Positions 10,055-23,366 of a stretch of 64,000 nucleotides of DNA are shown in pieces. The stretch comes from Novakomyces olei. Lineage: Eukaryota. The notes beneath the pieces were generated by a model, which had not been told where the DNA came from, ran no database searches, and saw only the letters and a list, made by a program, of their open reading frames with translations. The stretch covers positions 1,364,001-1,428,000 of the forward strand of contig JADEYG010000001.1 of assembly GCA_016906335.1 (NCBI GenBank), written 5' to 3'. Numbering within the stretch: the stretch's first letter is position 1; every line of letters starts with the position of its first letter. The translations under genes and the position numbers were made by a program.

Positions 10055-11830
10055 ATGGCGGGATGGCACAGAGGACAGAGGCAGGTGTCTCAGATTATGC
10101 GACTAGTGCAACAGACATGCTTTTGGCAACCAGCTGCATTTGATGCCGCTGGCGCTTCTCGCACGGCTTCTGTATCTGCTCCAGACTCCAGTCGCGAGTA
10201 TGGTAAGTTTACTGCTTTTCACCGGTTGTAACTTTTTAATCCCGTCAGCGTTTGAGATGGCAGCAAGCGCCATTCGGTTCGGTGAAGGCGCTACAACCGA
10301 AGCTGGACTAGATTTCGCCAATTTTGAGTCGCGCCATGTCGCCTTGTTTACTGACGAGAACCTTATCGGTCTCGCTAGCTACGATAATGCTATAAAGGGC
10401 CTCGAAGACGCAGGCGTTAAATATAGCATCTACGACAAAGTCAAAGCCGAGCCAAAGGAAGACGAGTAAGTCGCGATAGTCCAGGGGTCGAGTTTCATTT
10501 TGCTGCCATATTTTCTATTATCATTCAGTAAATCTGCCCTGGAGTAATTGCCTTTATAGTCGTCTCTTTTGTTTGTGCTGCAAAATCCCACTTTTTTTTT
10601 TTTGGAGGCACCTACAATTTTCATGTTTACAAAACGAGTTCTATCGATAAAGTAAAGAATTCAAAATTGCTTGCTGTTGGGCCTACTTGAATCTTCGAAT
10701 CGGTTCTTCATTTTCATGTTTATGCCTATATCAAAGCCTTGCTAAAAACCGAATGCACTGTTGGCTAATTCAATCATAGGCTAAAAAACGCGATTTCCTG
10801 GACGCAAAACGGAAACTTTGATGCCTTCCTTGCGGTTGGCGGAGGTTCAGTTATTGATACTGCCAAGATAGCAAACCTGTACAGTCACTATCCAGATGCT
10901 GATTTCCTTGACTTTGTCAATGCTCCTCTTGGAAAAGGTCTACCCATTGCACGAAATCTCTCGCCGCTTATTGCTGTGCCCACAACGGCTGGTACTGGAT
11001 CAGAGACGACGGGTACAGCGATATTTGATATGACATCAGTGCAAGCCAAGACTGGAATTGCTCACCGCCGTTTGAAACCAACTCTGGGCATTGTTGATCC
11101 ATTAAACACGCGTACAATGCCTTCGCAAGTGGTGGCATCATGTGGGCTGGACGTGCTTTGCCATGCAATCGAATCCTACACGGCAATACCTTATTACGAA
11201 CGAACACCGAGACCTGCGAACCCCTTGTTGAGACCCGCTTACCAGGGCGCCAATCCAATAAGTGATATTTGGAGCATTCAGGCTATGCGTATGGCGGTAG
11301 AATTTTTGCCGAGAGCAGTTCGTGATGCTCAAGACACTGAAGCCCACAGTAAAATGATCCTGGCTGCTACGTACGCCGGCATTGGCTTCGGTAATGCTGG
11401 AGTGCATCTGTGCCATGGTCTTTCGTACCCAATTTCCGGTATGAACAAGGGCTACAGGCACCCTGGTTACAAGGTCGATCGTCCACTGATTCCTCATGGA
11501 ATTTCTGTTGCAGTTACGGCGCCTGCTGTCTTTGAATTTACAGCGCCTTCCAACTACGATCGTCATGCTCAAGTAGCCGAGATATTTGGCATTGATACGA
11601 GCAATATGAAACAGGAAACTATCGGGCCCAAATTGGGTGAGGCACTAAAACAGTTCTTGGAGAGTTTGGGAGGCCAGCCTAATGGTATCAAAGCCCTTGG
11701 GTATACGGAGGCCGATATTCCGGACCTCGTAAAGGGCGCGCTGCCACAGCAACGCGTACTCCAATTGGCTCCATTCCCGGTTGCTGAAGAGGGTTTGACA
11801 CAGATCCTTCAAAACAGTCTGGTGTATTAG
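10055..11830 (+). CDS. ADHFE1: Hydroxyacid-oxoacid transhydrogenase (Fe-ADH family), probably mitochondrial
   Basis: Exons 10055-10202, 10249-10465 and 10780-11830 join in frame. Motifs EYAFEMAASAIRFG, AVGGGSVIDTAK, PTTAGTGSETT, GNAGVHLCHG and IPHG. Confidence 0.92.
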
Positions 11831-12172
11831 CAATAGCAACACCGTCGGCGGCGGTCACTGGCCGACTCTTACAGTCTACACATTCTAGTAATGCCTTGGA
11901 TAGCTAATTTAGGTTCTTGTCTGTAGAGTTGCGACCGTAGACTCGATATATTGATAAATATGTCATAAATATGTTATTAATATACTATAAATATATTATC
12001 AATATGTATTTCCAATATAGTCCACTCTATACGAGTTTTAGGCAGATTTAATGGCAATACTGGCTATAACCCTATCTAACCCTAATCAAATGATGACAGG
12101 CAGCAAAAGCACGAGCAGCACACAGATTAGACGCAAAGACCGCTATGACTCTATGCGCATAATGATTCACTT

Positions 12173-13001
12173 ATGACAGAAGACTCACAATCGCGACCAA
12201 GCGTGCCGCTGCTATCAGCGTCTGACCCTTGTGGCCTGATAATCCTTGTTGCAGATGTACTGTGTGTGCCAGAGCGGACTAGCAGTCTCGCCTGCTTGTA
12301 CACCCATCGCTACAACAAGGCGCGACTGGCGATAGCAGACGCGGAACCGCACGCTGACCAGGAGCGTACTGTGCCAGATGACATTGTAAAAGAACTGAAC
12401 TTGAACTTGAGACGCAACTGACCCAAAGACAATGGCTCTAGCCAGCTTGAACTTGGCCTGCAAGATCCACGAGCAGCATAGGCGGCTACGAGAGATAATT
12501 GTCACGAGCTACAGTATAACAAACCCTAACAAGCCTTCCCTGTTAATTCCTTGTGAGCTGTATGACGAACTGCGCCGCTCTTTAGTGGCGGCTGAGCTTA
12601 TACTGCTGAGATACTTGCAATTTAACTTGCGACTGGCCCTGCCTTACGATTATTGTGGCACTATGATTGTGCGCCTGCTGCAGACACATGGTGGCAAAAA
12701 CGCTCAGCGCGATTTTTCCGTGCAGGATACACGGCTGAACCGCGCCTGTGGCTATTATATCTCCCAAGCACTGCTCTCTCCACGATTAGCCTGCTACTAT
12801 GATGCTGCTACACTGGCCTGCGCGTGCCTGCACTTTGCTGCACAGAGTATCAGGCACGTGTATTTGCCGCCAGCGTACTCTGGCAGCAACCTCGAACGCT
12901 GGGTGTCTGCTGTTGCTCGCGATAGCGTTCAAGCTGAGGATGTGAGCGATGCTCTAGCGGACTTGCAGACACTGCTGTTTCCAGAGAAAGACGGTGTTTA
13001 A
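12173..13001 (+). CDS. Transcriptional cyclin (cyclin L/K/T-like cyclin box)
   Basis: A phase-0 43-nt intron 12386-12428 (GTAAAA..ACTGAC..AAG) joins two ORFs into ~261 aa. Cyclin-box motifs LASLNLACKIHEQHRRLREII and ELILLRYLQFNL. Confidence 0.75.
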
Positions 13002-13585
13002 TGCGCAGAGTTGGATGAGAAGCGTGGAGAAAGGAAGCGAGTGGTTAAATAACTGACTCTCTGGGTGCTGTAGTTTTATACATAAGGAGAGGCGCAATTG
13101 TCTCGTATAATTGAACAGTTTCATAGGAACTAGTGTACTAATATCAATTCTCCGTCACACGTGCTTGCTCTATACATTTTTGCTGTGCAGCTGTCAAATA
13201 TTCGTGTAATTTTTGTATCAATCTCTCTCGAACGGAACCGCCGTCTGCGTAAAACGTCAAAGGTATCGGTATAATCGGTGAATGGATGGACTCGTACACT
13301 TTTCCAAAAATTAAGCTTGTCCACATTCGTGGACGGGCCCCGTCCATGTATTTACGATAGCACCAATAATGCAACTAATACGGCAATATTTATTATAAAC
13401 AGTGGTAGTAGAATTGACAGCAGTATTGCTTGGAAACATTTCGCATTTTAGGTACTCATTATAACGTGGGCTACTTAATCCTCCGACTCGCCATTTAGCA
13501 ACTGCCGCTCGCCATTCGCACCTTTTGTTTGACGGACTCAAAAGGCAAGAAATTCATCAGAAAAACGATCGTTATTAGCCACACG

Positions 13586-14166
13586 ATGGTCTACACGCAC
13601 TTTGTCGCTTTAAAATTCAAGACCCCTACCGACGTGGCCGCTCGCCAGATGTCCGAGCGCCTATATTCTTTGGGGACACAATGTGTCAAACCTAACGGTG
13701 AACACTACATTTTGAATAGTGCAGCTGGACCGGTAATGGCTTTTATTTTTAATTTTTTACTTTTTGGTTTTTATCTTCATATTTTTTTATTATTATTGTT
13801 TATTTTTTGAGTTTAATTGCTGACACAAGAATAGAATGTGAGCCCTGAAGGCTCGCCGAATCGATACGATGCAGTATGATCTTTTATTTCAAGGTCAAAT
13901 AGCGCTAATTAATAGGCTGCAGTTTTAACGTTTGCTTCTTCTGAAGACTTTTTGTATTACTTGCACAAGGACGCGCTGCACCTTCAGTTCATTGCAGACG
14001 TGACTCCTCTCGTGAAGGACGTATTGAGTAAGTTCAACATTAGCTTGTTCTACCTTTATTCTTCCTTTTTGAATGTTTTATGTACTATCTTGATGACCAA
14101 TGAATATTCAATAAATGTGGTAAACAATTGCTAACGTGCATTGCAGCTTACGATATCGAAGCCTAA
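13586..14166 (+). CDS. Stress-responsive A/B barrel (Dabb) protein
   Basis: Introns 13733-13834, 13874-13915 and 14028-14146. Spliced product MVYTHFVALKFK...GPNVSPEG...VLTFASSEDFLYYLHKDALHLQF...YDIEA fits the Dabb pattern. Confidence 0.8.
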
Positions 14167-14233
14167 CTTTGGAATAAAGTAATTTATTTTTTCAAATCTG
14201 GCATTACTACCATAATTTTCCACAGATTAGCGT

Positions 14234-16474
14234 CTACTCTGACATTTCTTCACTTTCGTCCTCTAGCTGACTGGCCACCTCTGCTTCATCATCGACAAGA
14301 CCACCTAATGGGCCGGCACCTTCCTCGTCATCCTCGTCATCCTCGTCTTCAGAATCTTCATCTTCAGAATCATCGTCGTCATCAAGATCCTCGGAGCTGT
14401 TTTCTTCGTCCAAGGATACATCTTCTGATGCATTGTCTTCTACATTACTGTCGTCGTCCTCGTAATCCGACTTATCCAACTTTGTGGTATCTTCAATGTC
14501 AATCTCTTCGTCTTCGCCATCCTCGCTTGAAGAACTTTCCTGACTACTGCTCTGGCCTTCAATATATTCAATTGCCCCGTCTTCATCATAATCGTTCGAT
14601 GCAGTTTGTGCTTCTGATCCACCGAGCCGACGCAATTCAATTTGAGCTGCAATCATCTCTAATCTGCCCTGTAATGCCATCAGTCGGGGTAAATTTTCAG
14701 CACGAGCGGAAAGTGTTGAGTGTAAATCGGCAACGCGTTGCATCAAATCCGGTATAGTGGCCAAGTAACCGCCATGAGCAACAATAGTCGCTCTTACCCA
14801 AGTATGAAGAACTGCCGCCCTTTGCGGTTTACGCGCCAATCTTTCCGTAATAGCATCTAAAAGCTTCACAGCTAGTGAAGAGTCCAAACGTTGCACAGTA
14901 ACAATAACCAGCTTTGTGTTGTTTGTACTAAAACAGGACTCCAATAGCGCTCTGTCGTCAGACCGGAGTGCCTGTGTAAGGACTGTAGTGAGCGATCCCG
15001 CTGAGTTTGGAACTGTTGCTACTTGATTGTCTGCAGCTTTGGATCTTGCCATCGTCAAGGCTTCCAGTTTGGCAGCCAAAGTCGGCTCACTGTCAATATT
15101 TTCCTCATCCTCTTCATCCTCCTCCTCTTGCGATGACTCTTGATCTTCGTCTGCCAGGACAAGATCCTTTGGCGTTTCGTAGGCTATATTGCTTGTTCCC
15201 ACAGTGGCATCCGCTTCCTTGTACCTCTGTGTATCACCCGTATCAGCTGCCTTTGCAATTTTCTTCGTAGAGCTTGAAAGCAGGTGAATATCGTTTGTAA
15301 GCAATGCACCTTTTGCGTCTTGTATCTCCACATGGTGAAACCTGGCTTGTACACCGTCGTTGTATACGATTGTCAATTTGTTTGAGGCAGCGGAAGACGG
15401 CTGCGCTATATCTATAATCTCCACAAGGCCCCCCGTGTTTGGTGATGTGACAGTAATCCGGAACACGCGTCGCCGGGTCGTAGACTTTTTCGATTTACGC
15501 GGTTGTGGAGATGCAAAGGCAGAGGGAAAAACTTCCACTGAGCCGTCGGAGACAAGAGCAGCCACGTTATTTGTCGGTGTGGCGCAAATAACTTTATTCA
15601 CATCCGAGTCGCACACCAGTGAGGGAAAAGTATCAATTTGAGCCTTACTGAGTGCATTGTAAGTGTAAGCATTGATGAATCGATCGTTTGACGCTGACGT
15701 AATAAAGTCTACAGCTTCATCGTCCCGATTGAGCGTTGAGAAAATGCTGTTTATCATTGAAGCATGAGCATTGAGCTCCTGGCTCGGCGAATCCCAAGTC
15801 GCTTCCTCATCCAGGCTGTAAAAATACAGGGAAAAAGAAGCACATATTAACAATGAACCAACGTTCGAAAGAACCGTGGGAGCCGAGGCCCCCGGGACCA
15901 AGGTAGAGCGTCGAGGGGCAAGGGTTTGCAGGTCCCATTGTACGAGCTGCTTGTCTTTACCACAGGACACGATAGACTGACCCCTCAGGGCCGATACAAT
16001 ATCATAAACATCCTGAGAATGGCCGTTCACTAGCCGAGCGACCGCCGTGTTTTGTGCCAGAGCATAGAGCTCAATATCGCCACTGCCAAACCCAATCGCC
16101 AATATGGGATCATTTTCATTCAAAGCAATGCTCTCAGTATCCTGTAAAACTTTTTGGTCCACTCGACGCTTTTTCGACTTTGAAAGAGATGATGTCGCTG
16201 CCTTTTGAACTAGACCCGGTTCCAGAGATAACCAGGCCAGTTTAGTCACACGGGCGCCTTTTGGTAAAGGCAAAGACCGACGTAATTTGCCTGTAAGTGA
16301 ATCGTAAATGTTGACTGCGACCTCAAAGGATCGTGCAGTTATAGCAAACAGTGGAAGTGTAGCATGATGTGCTACAACAATGGACGAAAGCACCGAAGTC
16401 TGCTCTGAACCAATTGCTGGCTTTTTTTGTGGTGCAGAAGCTGCTTGTGCAGCTGACGCAGTTTTGACCGCCAT
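14234..16474 (-). CDS. UTP5: SSU processome t-UTP subunit Utp5/WDR43
   Basis: WD40-like N-terminus, Utp12-type domain (SLTTVLTQALRSDDRALLESC...HGGYL...L.GRL) and an acidic tail. Confidence 0.88.
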   Translation of the reverse strand: MAVKTASAAQAASAPQKKPAIGSEQTSVLSSIVVAHHATLPLFAITARSFEVAVNIYDSLTGKLRRSLPLPKGARVTKLAWLSLEPGLVQKAATSSLSKSKKRRVDQKVLQDTESIALNENDPILAIGFGSGDIELYALAQNTAVARLVNGHSQDVYDIVSALRGQSIVSCGKDKQLVQWDLQTLAPRRSTLVPGASAPTVLSNVGSLLICASFSLYFYSLDEEATWDSPSQELNAHASMINSIFSTLNRDDEAVDFITSASNDRFINAYTYNALSKAQIDTFPSLVCDSDVNKVICATPTNNVAALVSDGSVEVFPSAFASPQPRKSKKSTTRRRVFRITVTSPNTGGLVEIIDIAQPSSAASNKLTIVYNDGVQARFHHVEIQDAKGALLTNDIHLLSSSTKKIAKAADTGDTQRYKEADATVGTSNIAYETPKDLVLADEDQESSQEEEDEEDEENIDSEPTLAAKLEALTMARSKAADNQVATVPNSAGSLTTVLTQALRSDDRALLESCFSTNNTKLVIVTVQRLDSSLAVKLLDAITERLARKPQRAAVLHTWVRATIVAHGGYLATIPDLMQRVADLHSTLSARAENLPRLMALQGRLEMIAAQIELRRLGGSEAQTASNDYDEDGAIEYIEGQSSSQESSSSEDGEDEEIDIEDTTKLDKSDYEDDDSNVEDNASEDVSLDEENSSEDLDDDDDSEDEDSEDEDDEDDEEGAGPLGGLVDDEAEVASQLEDESEEMSE

Positions 16475-16929
16475 GCAAGTCTTTAAAACTGCGTCCGATT
16501 TAATTCTGCTTCCAAGGTCGTTTGGCAGAATTTTTTATTTTTTATTTTATTTTATCTCTATGTCAATCATATTTTTTTTCTATCATCACATATTATCACT
16601 TTCTATCGTACTTGCCCTTATTACTCTACGCAAATAATTACATAGCGAGTAGTATTATTTTTTTTTTCGCTCTAATATTTTCGTGAGTTCCTTGCCTGTT
16701 CAACGTGCATATCGTATTTCTTATGCCTTGAAAATAAATTTCTATTTGCAGGCCACACTGGTCGATAAGCATTGTTGTAGAAATAGTATAAAGCACCAGC
16801 CCAAAAAAATAAATAAATCAAAAAATAAATAATAATAATAATAATAAGTTCAAGTGCGCAAAATAAATGAATGGTATTTTGACTGTCTCGGCCGCAAGAG
16901 AAAAGTCAGTCTAGTTTGTCAACGTGCAG

Positions 16930-19900
16930 ATGGACGAGGATCTGTATGATGAATTTGGAAACTATATCGGCCCTGATGATGGCGCGGAAGGCGATCTAGA
17001 TGGTATTGAAGAGAGTGATGGCCGAGCTGAACGCACTGGTGCTCATTACCTCGATGATGATTTTGAGCTGGATGCCGACGAGCAAGCGGAGGTGGGCGAA
17101 GGCGCTTTGATGGAAGTTGATGGTATGATCTTGTCGAGGCAATTTGACTCCTAGAGTCTCTTTTTTTTCTGCTATTTCATTATGCTTTTTCTTTTTCCTT
17201 TTTGGCTGTTTTGTAACTGACGAATTAGATGATCCTGGCAATCGCATTGTTTTGCATGAAGATAAAGTGTACTACCCGAGCGCGGCAGAGGTAATTCTTG
17301 ACCCTGTAAACTATTGCTAATGTTGTGAGGTATACGGAGAAGATGTGGAAGCCGTTTTACACGAAGAAGATACCCAGCCCCTAACAGAGCCGATTGTTCA
17401 GCCTGTAAAAATACGAAAATTTACATTTGAGGAGGAAGATCTACCTGCTGTAAATTATTCTCGAGAGTATGCAGTACACGTGTTTTATATCAAACTACTT
17501 TTTTATATTCTATTAAAACGATTTTATTTAAATAATAAATATTTATTCCCCTTTTTGTTTAATATTTCCGCGGAAACATGTCTAACTATTCCTTTTCTTC
17601 TTTTCCAGGTTTATGCTGGACTTAATGAGCGTGCCTGAGCTTGTACGCAATGTAGCTGTGGTCGGTCATTTACAGCATGGCAAGACAGCGTTAATAGACA
17701 TGCTTGTAATGCAAACGCACGATATTAAAGAGCCGGCCAGACAGCAGTTACGGTATACTGATACCCACATCTTGGAGCGTGAAAGAGGCATTTCAATAAA
17801 ATGTACACCTGTGAGCCTGGTAATGCAAAACGGCCGTGGAAAATCGCACTTGCTTCATCTTATTGATACGCCGGGGCACGTTGATTTTGCTGATGAAGTT
17901 GCTTGCGCAATGCAGCTGGCCGATGGCGTCCTGCTTGTAGTCGATGTAGTGGAGGGCGTTTTAATAAATACTACGCGTATAATCAAACACGCAATTTCAC
18001 AAAAGCTGGCAATCACTCTGGTTCTGAACAAAGTTGACCGGCTCATTATGGAGCTACGCATCCCACCGGAGGATGCGTATTTCAAACTCAAGCATACAAT
18101 AGAGGAAGTGAACTCGGTCATATCCTCGGTTGATGGCAGTTCTGCGCTACGAGTGTCTCCGGAAAAAGGCAATGTAATCTTTGCCTCGACAGATAGCCGA
18201 TGGTGTTTTACTCTCGAGTCCTTTGCGAGGTACTATACAGAGCAGTACGGTGGTCCTAGCCACGTAGATTTTGCACAGCGGCTGTGGGGCGATGTATTCT
18301 ACAACCCAGAATCCCGAAAGTTTTCGCGTAAGCGTCTAGAAAAAGCCAGCCAGCGCACGTTTGTTCATTACATAATGGACCCAGTCTACAAGTTGTACGC
18401 CCATACAATCGGTGAGGACCAGGCGCATTTGCAAAAAGTACTGGCGCGGCTGGGGATCAGGCTGAAGGCTTCGCAGTACAAGCTCGACCCTAAGCCTCTG
18501 CTCAAACTCGTGTGTGAACAGTTTTTCGGGGACGCGTCGAGTATTGTAGATATGGTTACGCGTCACATCCCTCCGCCCAGCGTCTCGAGCGCTACCAAGA
18601 TCGAGCAGACGTACACGGGTCCCGTGGACAGCAGCCTGACTGAGTCTATGCGTATGCTAGAGACTGGACCTTCAAACGAGCCTTCAAAAGGCCCTTCAAA
18701 AGGCCCTTCAAACGGCCCCTCAAACGAACCCTCAAACGAGCAAAGCAAAGAAGCTCCACTGGTTTTGCAGGTAACAAAGCTGTTCAATACAACAGACGCA
18801 CTTGATTTTATAGCCTTTGGCCGGGTCTACAGCGGCATAGTGCGTCGTTCCCAGCGGGTCCGTGTCCTGGGCGAGTCCTACTCTATTGACGACGAGGAGG
18901 ATATGGTGTATGCCACCGTCACTGACGTATGGGTCCCTGGAGGCCGATACAAACTGCCTACGGACGGAGTACCTGCAGGCAATCTTGTCCTTTTAGGAGC
19001 CGTCTCGTCAACGATCTCCAAATCGGCAACGATTGTCAGTGAGGCAATGGCAGAAGACGCATACATCTTTAAACCCATCCCCACTTTTACGCAGTCAGTG
19101 TTCAAAGTGGCCATTGAGCCAGTGAACCCGTCAGAGCTGCCTAAAATGCTGGACGGCCTTCGCCGGGTCAACAAGTCCTTTTCTGCTCTTGTCACTAAAG
19201 TCGAAGAGTCTGGGGAGCATGTTATCATCGGCACTGGCGAGATGTACATGGACTGTGTCCTGTACGATCTGCGCCAGCTCTACTCTGCCATTGACATCAA
19301 AGTATCGGACCCAGTTGTGCGGTTTACGGAGACGGTACTCGACACTTCCGCTCTAAAGTGCTATGCCCGAACACCAAACGGAAAGAACAGGATAACAATG
19401 GTGGCAGAGCCGCTGGACAGAGCCATCGCTGACGATATTGAGCAGGGAGCCGTCAGTGTACACTGGCCTGTCCGTAAACTGGCGGCCGTCTTTGAGGAAA
19501 AGTACGGGTGGGACTTGCTCGCTGCCCGGTCAATCTGGGCGTTTGGCCCGGGCGACGATGGGCCCAATGTCCTGCTGGACGATACACTCGAGTCGGAGGT
19601 GGACAAGCGGCTGCTCCGGACGGTGAGGGACTCTATAAAACAGGGTTTTCAGTGGGGAACCAGGGAAGGTCCGCTGTGTGAAGAGCCGATCCGCAATACC
19701 ACGTTCAAGATAATGGACGTCACTCTTGCACAAGAGCCAATCTACCGTGGCGGAGGGCAGATTATTCCAACGGCAAGACGAGTCTGCTACTCGTCTTTTC
19801 TAACTGCCTCCCCAAGGCTGATGGAGCCAGTGTACGCTGTGCAAGTAATGGCTCCAGCCGACTGCGTCCAGGCAGTCTACACTGTCCTCCAGCGCCGACG

Positions 19901-20261
19901 TGGCCACGTTACCCGAGAACAGCCCCGGCCGGGATCGCCCTTGTACCTGATCCAGGCTCAGATTCCTGTAATAGACTCGTTTGGGTTCGAGACGGATCTC
20001 CGTGCTCACACCCAGGGCCAAGCTTTTTGCCAGCAGGTCTTTGACCACTGGCAGATTGTGCCGGGCGACCCGCTGGACAAGGACGTCCATCTGCGTACGC
20101 TCGAAGCTGCTCCACCAGCGGCACTGGCCAGGGATTTTATGCTCAAGACGCGCCGCCGCAAGGGACTGGTGCAGGACGTTTCTGTAAGCAAGTTTTTTGA
20201 CGAGGATATGATTGAAAATCTGCGCAACACCAACGTGCTTGGGCACGACGTTGACTTGTAA
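16930..20261 (+). CDS. SNU114: U5 snRNP EF-2-like GTPase Snu114/EFTUD2
   Basis: N-terminus MDEDLYDEFGNYIG. Introns 17123-17228, 17291-17329 and 17467-17608. GTPase motifs GHLQHGKT, DTPGH and NKVD, plus RGGGQIIPTARR and KTRRRKGL. Confidence 0.96.
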
Positions 20262-20571
20262 TTCGTCCCGTCAGTAGCATAAGGCAGGCTGGCCTGGGTG
20301 ATAAATGGAAAAGTGTGATAAATGGAAAAGTGTGTTGATTAGACCTTGAAAATTGGGGTAATACAGGTCAGAATCGTATATTTCAATCGTATAGATTATT
20401 GCAATCGTAAAATTACTGCTGAAAGAATCGAAATAGTGCAGGGTGCGTTTAGTACGTAATCATTGTAGAACCTCGACAAGCACCCATATTCAAATCCAGT
20501 TGGCTTTCCCGACTTGTAAACCCAACGTTACCACAGTTACAATAGTCAAATTCAATTAGTGAAATTAATAT

Positions 20572-20772
20572 ATTACAATATTATTTATTACAATATTACT
20601 ATTATTTATTACAATATTATTTATTACAATACTACAATATTATTTATTACAATATTACAATGTTATTTATTACAATTATTTATTACAATACTACAATATT
20701 ATTTATTACAATATTACAATGTTATTTATTACAATTATTTATTACAATATTATTAATTACAATATAATTTAT
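20572..20772. repeat. AT-rich minisatellite (TATTACAAT / ATTATTTATTACA units)
   Basis: Repeated TTACAATA and TTATTTATTACA blocks with higher-order duplication. Confidence 0.85.
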
Positions 20773-21349
20773 TTTTTTTTTGCACCAAACATATAGTTAA
20801 CATTTATGATATTATTTACAAAATACAATATCTAATAATAATTATTATTATTATAATTATTAAATACATTATTAATTTTATATAAATATATATATATATA
20901 TATTTATTAATATTATTATAAATGACAAGTATAAACGACATCAGTGCTAGTACAAATAACAATAGGTTTGTCAAATTTGGCTGTTGGGACCATTTCCGGT
21001 TGTTGGAGGCGACAGAATAACGACTAGTCGGCGGCACAATATTCTGTGTACAAAATCGATACATTGCTTATGGTTCGTTTGGAAAAATGTGTCATACTTC
21101 TATAATGTCGTTATATCAAATCATCGCTACCCGTTTTCCGTTCTGTGCCCAAAATTATTTTCGTTTTTATTTTATTTAAGCTTCCGTTTTGGGTTGATGT
21201 TATCGATATTATTATAGCGTAAGTGTTCATTATATCGTAATCATCGTCTTGCTGATCCTGTAAATATTTCGAATCCTGTATATTAAAGTCCATAATCGAT
21301 CCTTTAGTTGCGTTTCAAGTGCAAAATGTACTCGTCCGCCGCGGAATTA

Positions 21350-23366
21350 TCACTTTCCTAAAGCCAACCACACAATCATCACAACGTTGAGAACTGTCAA
21401 CAGTAGCCAGACAAGCAGACCCAATATCTTTACCAAAATATGGTTTTCAAACTGGAGAATTTGGACCTGATTACTGCGGCCAGATTCTCCCCGCGTTTGC
21501 GAATTTGCAGAATTGCCATCGTTCACGCTATCGTTGTAAACTTCAACATCGTCCTCGTCATCTTCATCGCGGTAGACAAGACTCGGCTGTAGCGGAGCCC
21601 GCATGACCCGTTTATCGCTCGTCAAGTACAGCAAAGGCGCGACAAGGACTGGGAGCAGTACGCTCAAGGCCACCTGACTAGCATTCAGTACCTTTCCGAG
21701 ACCACTGCGGCCGACAGAGGCGGCGATAACAACGCATGGAATAATGGCAATTGATCTTGTCACTAGTCTGCGGAGCCAGGGCCTAATCGACCAGCGCAGA
21801 AAGCCTTCACTGACCATCTGGCCGGCCATTGTGGCTACAAAACTGGAGCTCAATCCCGAAAAAAGCAGGGCACAGGCAAAGATTTTGCCAGCAGATTCAG
21901 AGAGTCGGGAGGCCAGGAGCCTTTCTGTGCCATACAAATCAGCGTCAGCGATACCTGGCGACCCCCGCAGGGAGGTAGCAGCAATAATCAGGATCGCCGA
22001 GTTGGTATAGAGGGCAAAAGAGAAAAGACTGATGGCTATTTCGCAAAAGGAATAAATAAGGTTTGATCTAATCGCCTGCACTGAGGGCCGGTAGCCCTCA
22101 TGATCAGCAGCAGCACCATTACTTTCATCGTAAAGCTTGTGCCTTGCGTCCCATGAACGAAGCCTTGACTGAACAACACCGGAACCCAAGAAAAGTGAGT
22201 GAGGCATTACCGTAGCCCCAACTATACCCACACTCTCATAGATTCCCCGTGTAAAAGAAACTTTATTCGGTATGAAACCACGCAAAACGGTTCCCGCACT
22301 GACCTGGTCGCTGATACGAGAGAGCATTAGGGAGAAACAGATAACAACGGCAAACACGAGTACACTGACTCCAAGCTCAAAGAACCTCACACCCCTCATA
22401 TTGCCCTCGGGCCGGTAAGCAAACAGCACCAGTAGCACATCAACCATTGTAAGTACTACTCCGGCGGGAAGGGGGATGTGCAATAAGATATCTAGTGCAA
22501 TCGCACAGCCGATTACCTCTGCTAAATCGGTACAGACAATTGCCGCCTCTGCGAAAACGTACAGGATCAAATTCAGCCAGCGAGGGAATCGTTCCCTACA
22601 GTTCCATGCCAGATCTGGCGTGTGTCAGTATGCAAAAAAATATTCGTTTGCTTATTACCATGACCCGTCACTGATCCCAATTTGCACGACAGCGATTGCA
22701 AAATTACGGCAATGACGTTGGAAACAAAGATTATGAAAAGTAGCTTGTACCCGTGAAGCGCACCCGCTGCCACGTCTGTCGAGTAATTGCCTAGAGTATT
22801 AGCCGTAAAAAGAACTGCAGACATTTATGGCAAAGACTAATGGTAATTGCTAATGGCAAGACTAATGACAAGACTAACGGCCAAGACTAATGGCCAAGAC
22901 AAATGGCCAAGACTAATGGCAATTGCTAATCACAAAGACCAATCACAAAAACTAATGACAAAACAAACGACGAAAACTCACCTGGGTCAATGTACGCTAC
23001 AGACACAAGAATTCCTGGCCCAATAAAAGAGCAATACTTTGAGAAAACCCGGTAAGCCTTGTGCCGGGAAAGGTAGCTATGAGAGCGCCGTAAGAACTGT
23101 GGAGTACGTAAATGTGAGCTTTGCCAATACGACAAGCGTCCCAAGAGCCCAGCTGGTGGGTCGCTCTGGCCAAAGACTCCTCCTCTGTCTGCAGACGCGG
23201 ACCCACTGGCTTGTGGACCATCGCTCAGCGACCGCGTATCAGAGGCATACTTGTTTTGATCTTTGCAAGGCGCCGTTATAGAAACTCGGCTTGTGCCCAC
23301 GACACTTATTTCCGGCGGCATATCTTGGTAGTCGGGGCTTTTGCGATCGGGAACAGGGCAATTCAT
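21350..23366 (-). CDS. NRAMP/SMF-family divalent metal (Mn/Fe) transporter
   Basis: ATG 23366 (MNCP...). Introns 22791-22981 and 22615-22658. Signature motifs AYIDPGNYSTD, GATVMPHSLFLGS and AGQMVSEGF. Confidence 0.93.

Noticed and set aside
10466..10779. snoRNA or riboswitch in the long ADHFE1 intron 2
   Set aside because: Only a short TCCAGGG/CCCTGGA stem; no C/D, H/ACA or TPP consensus.
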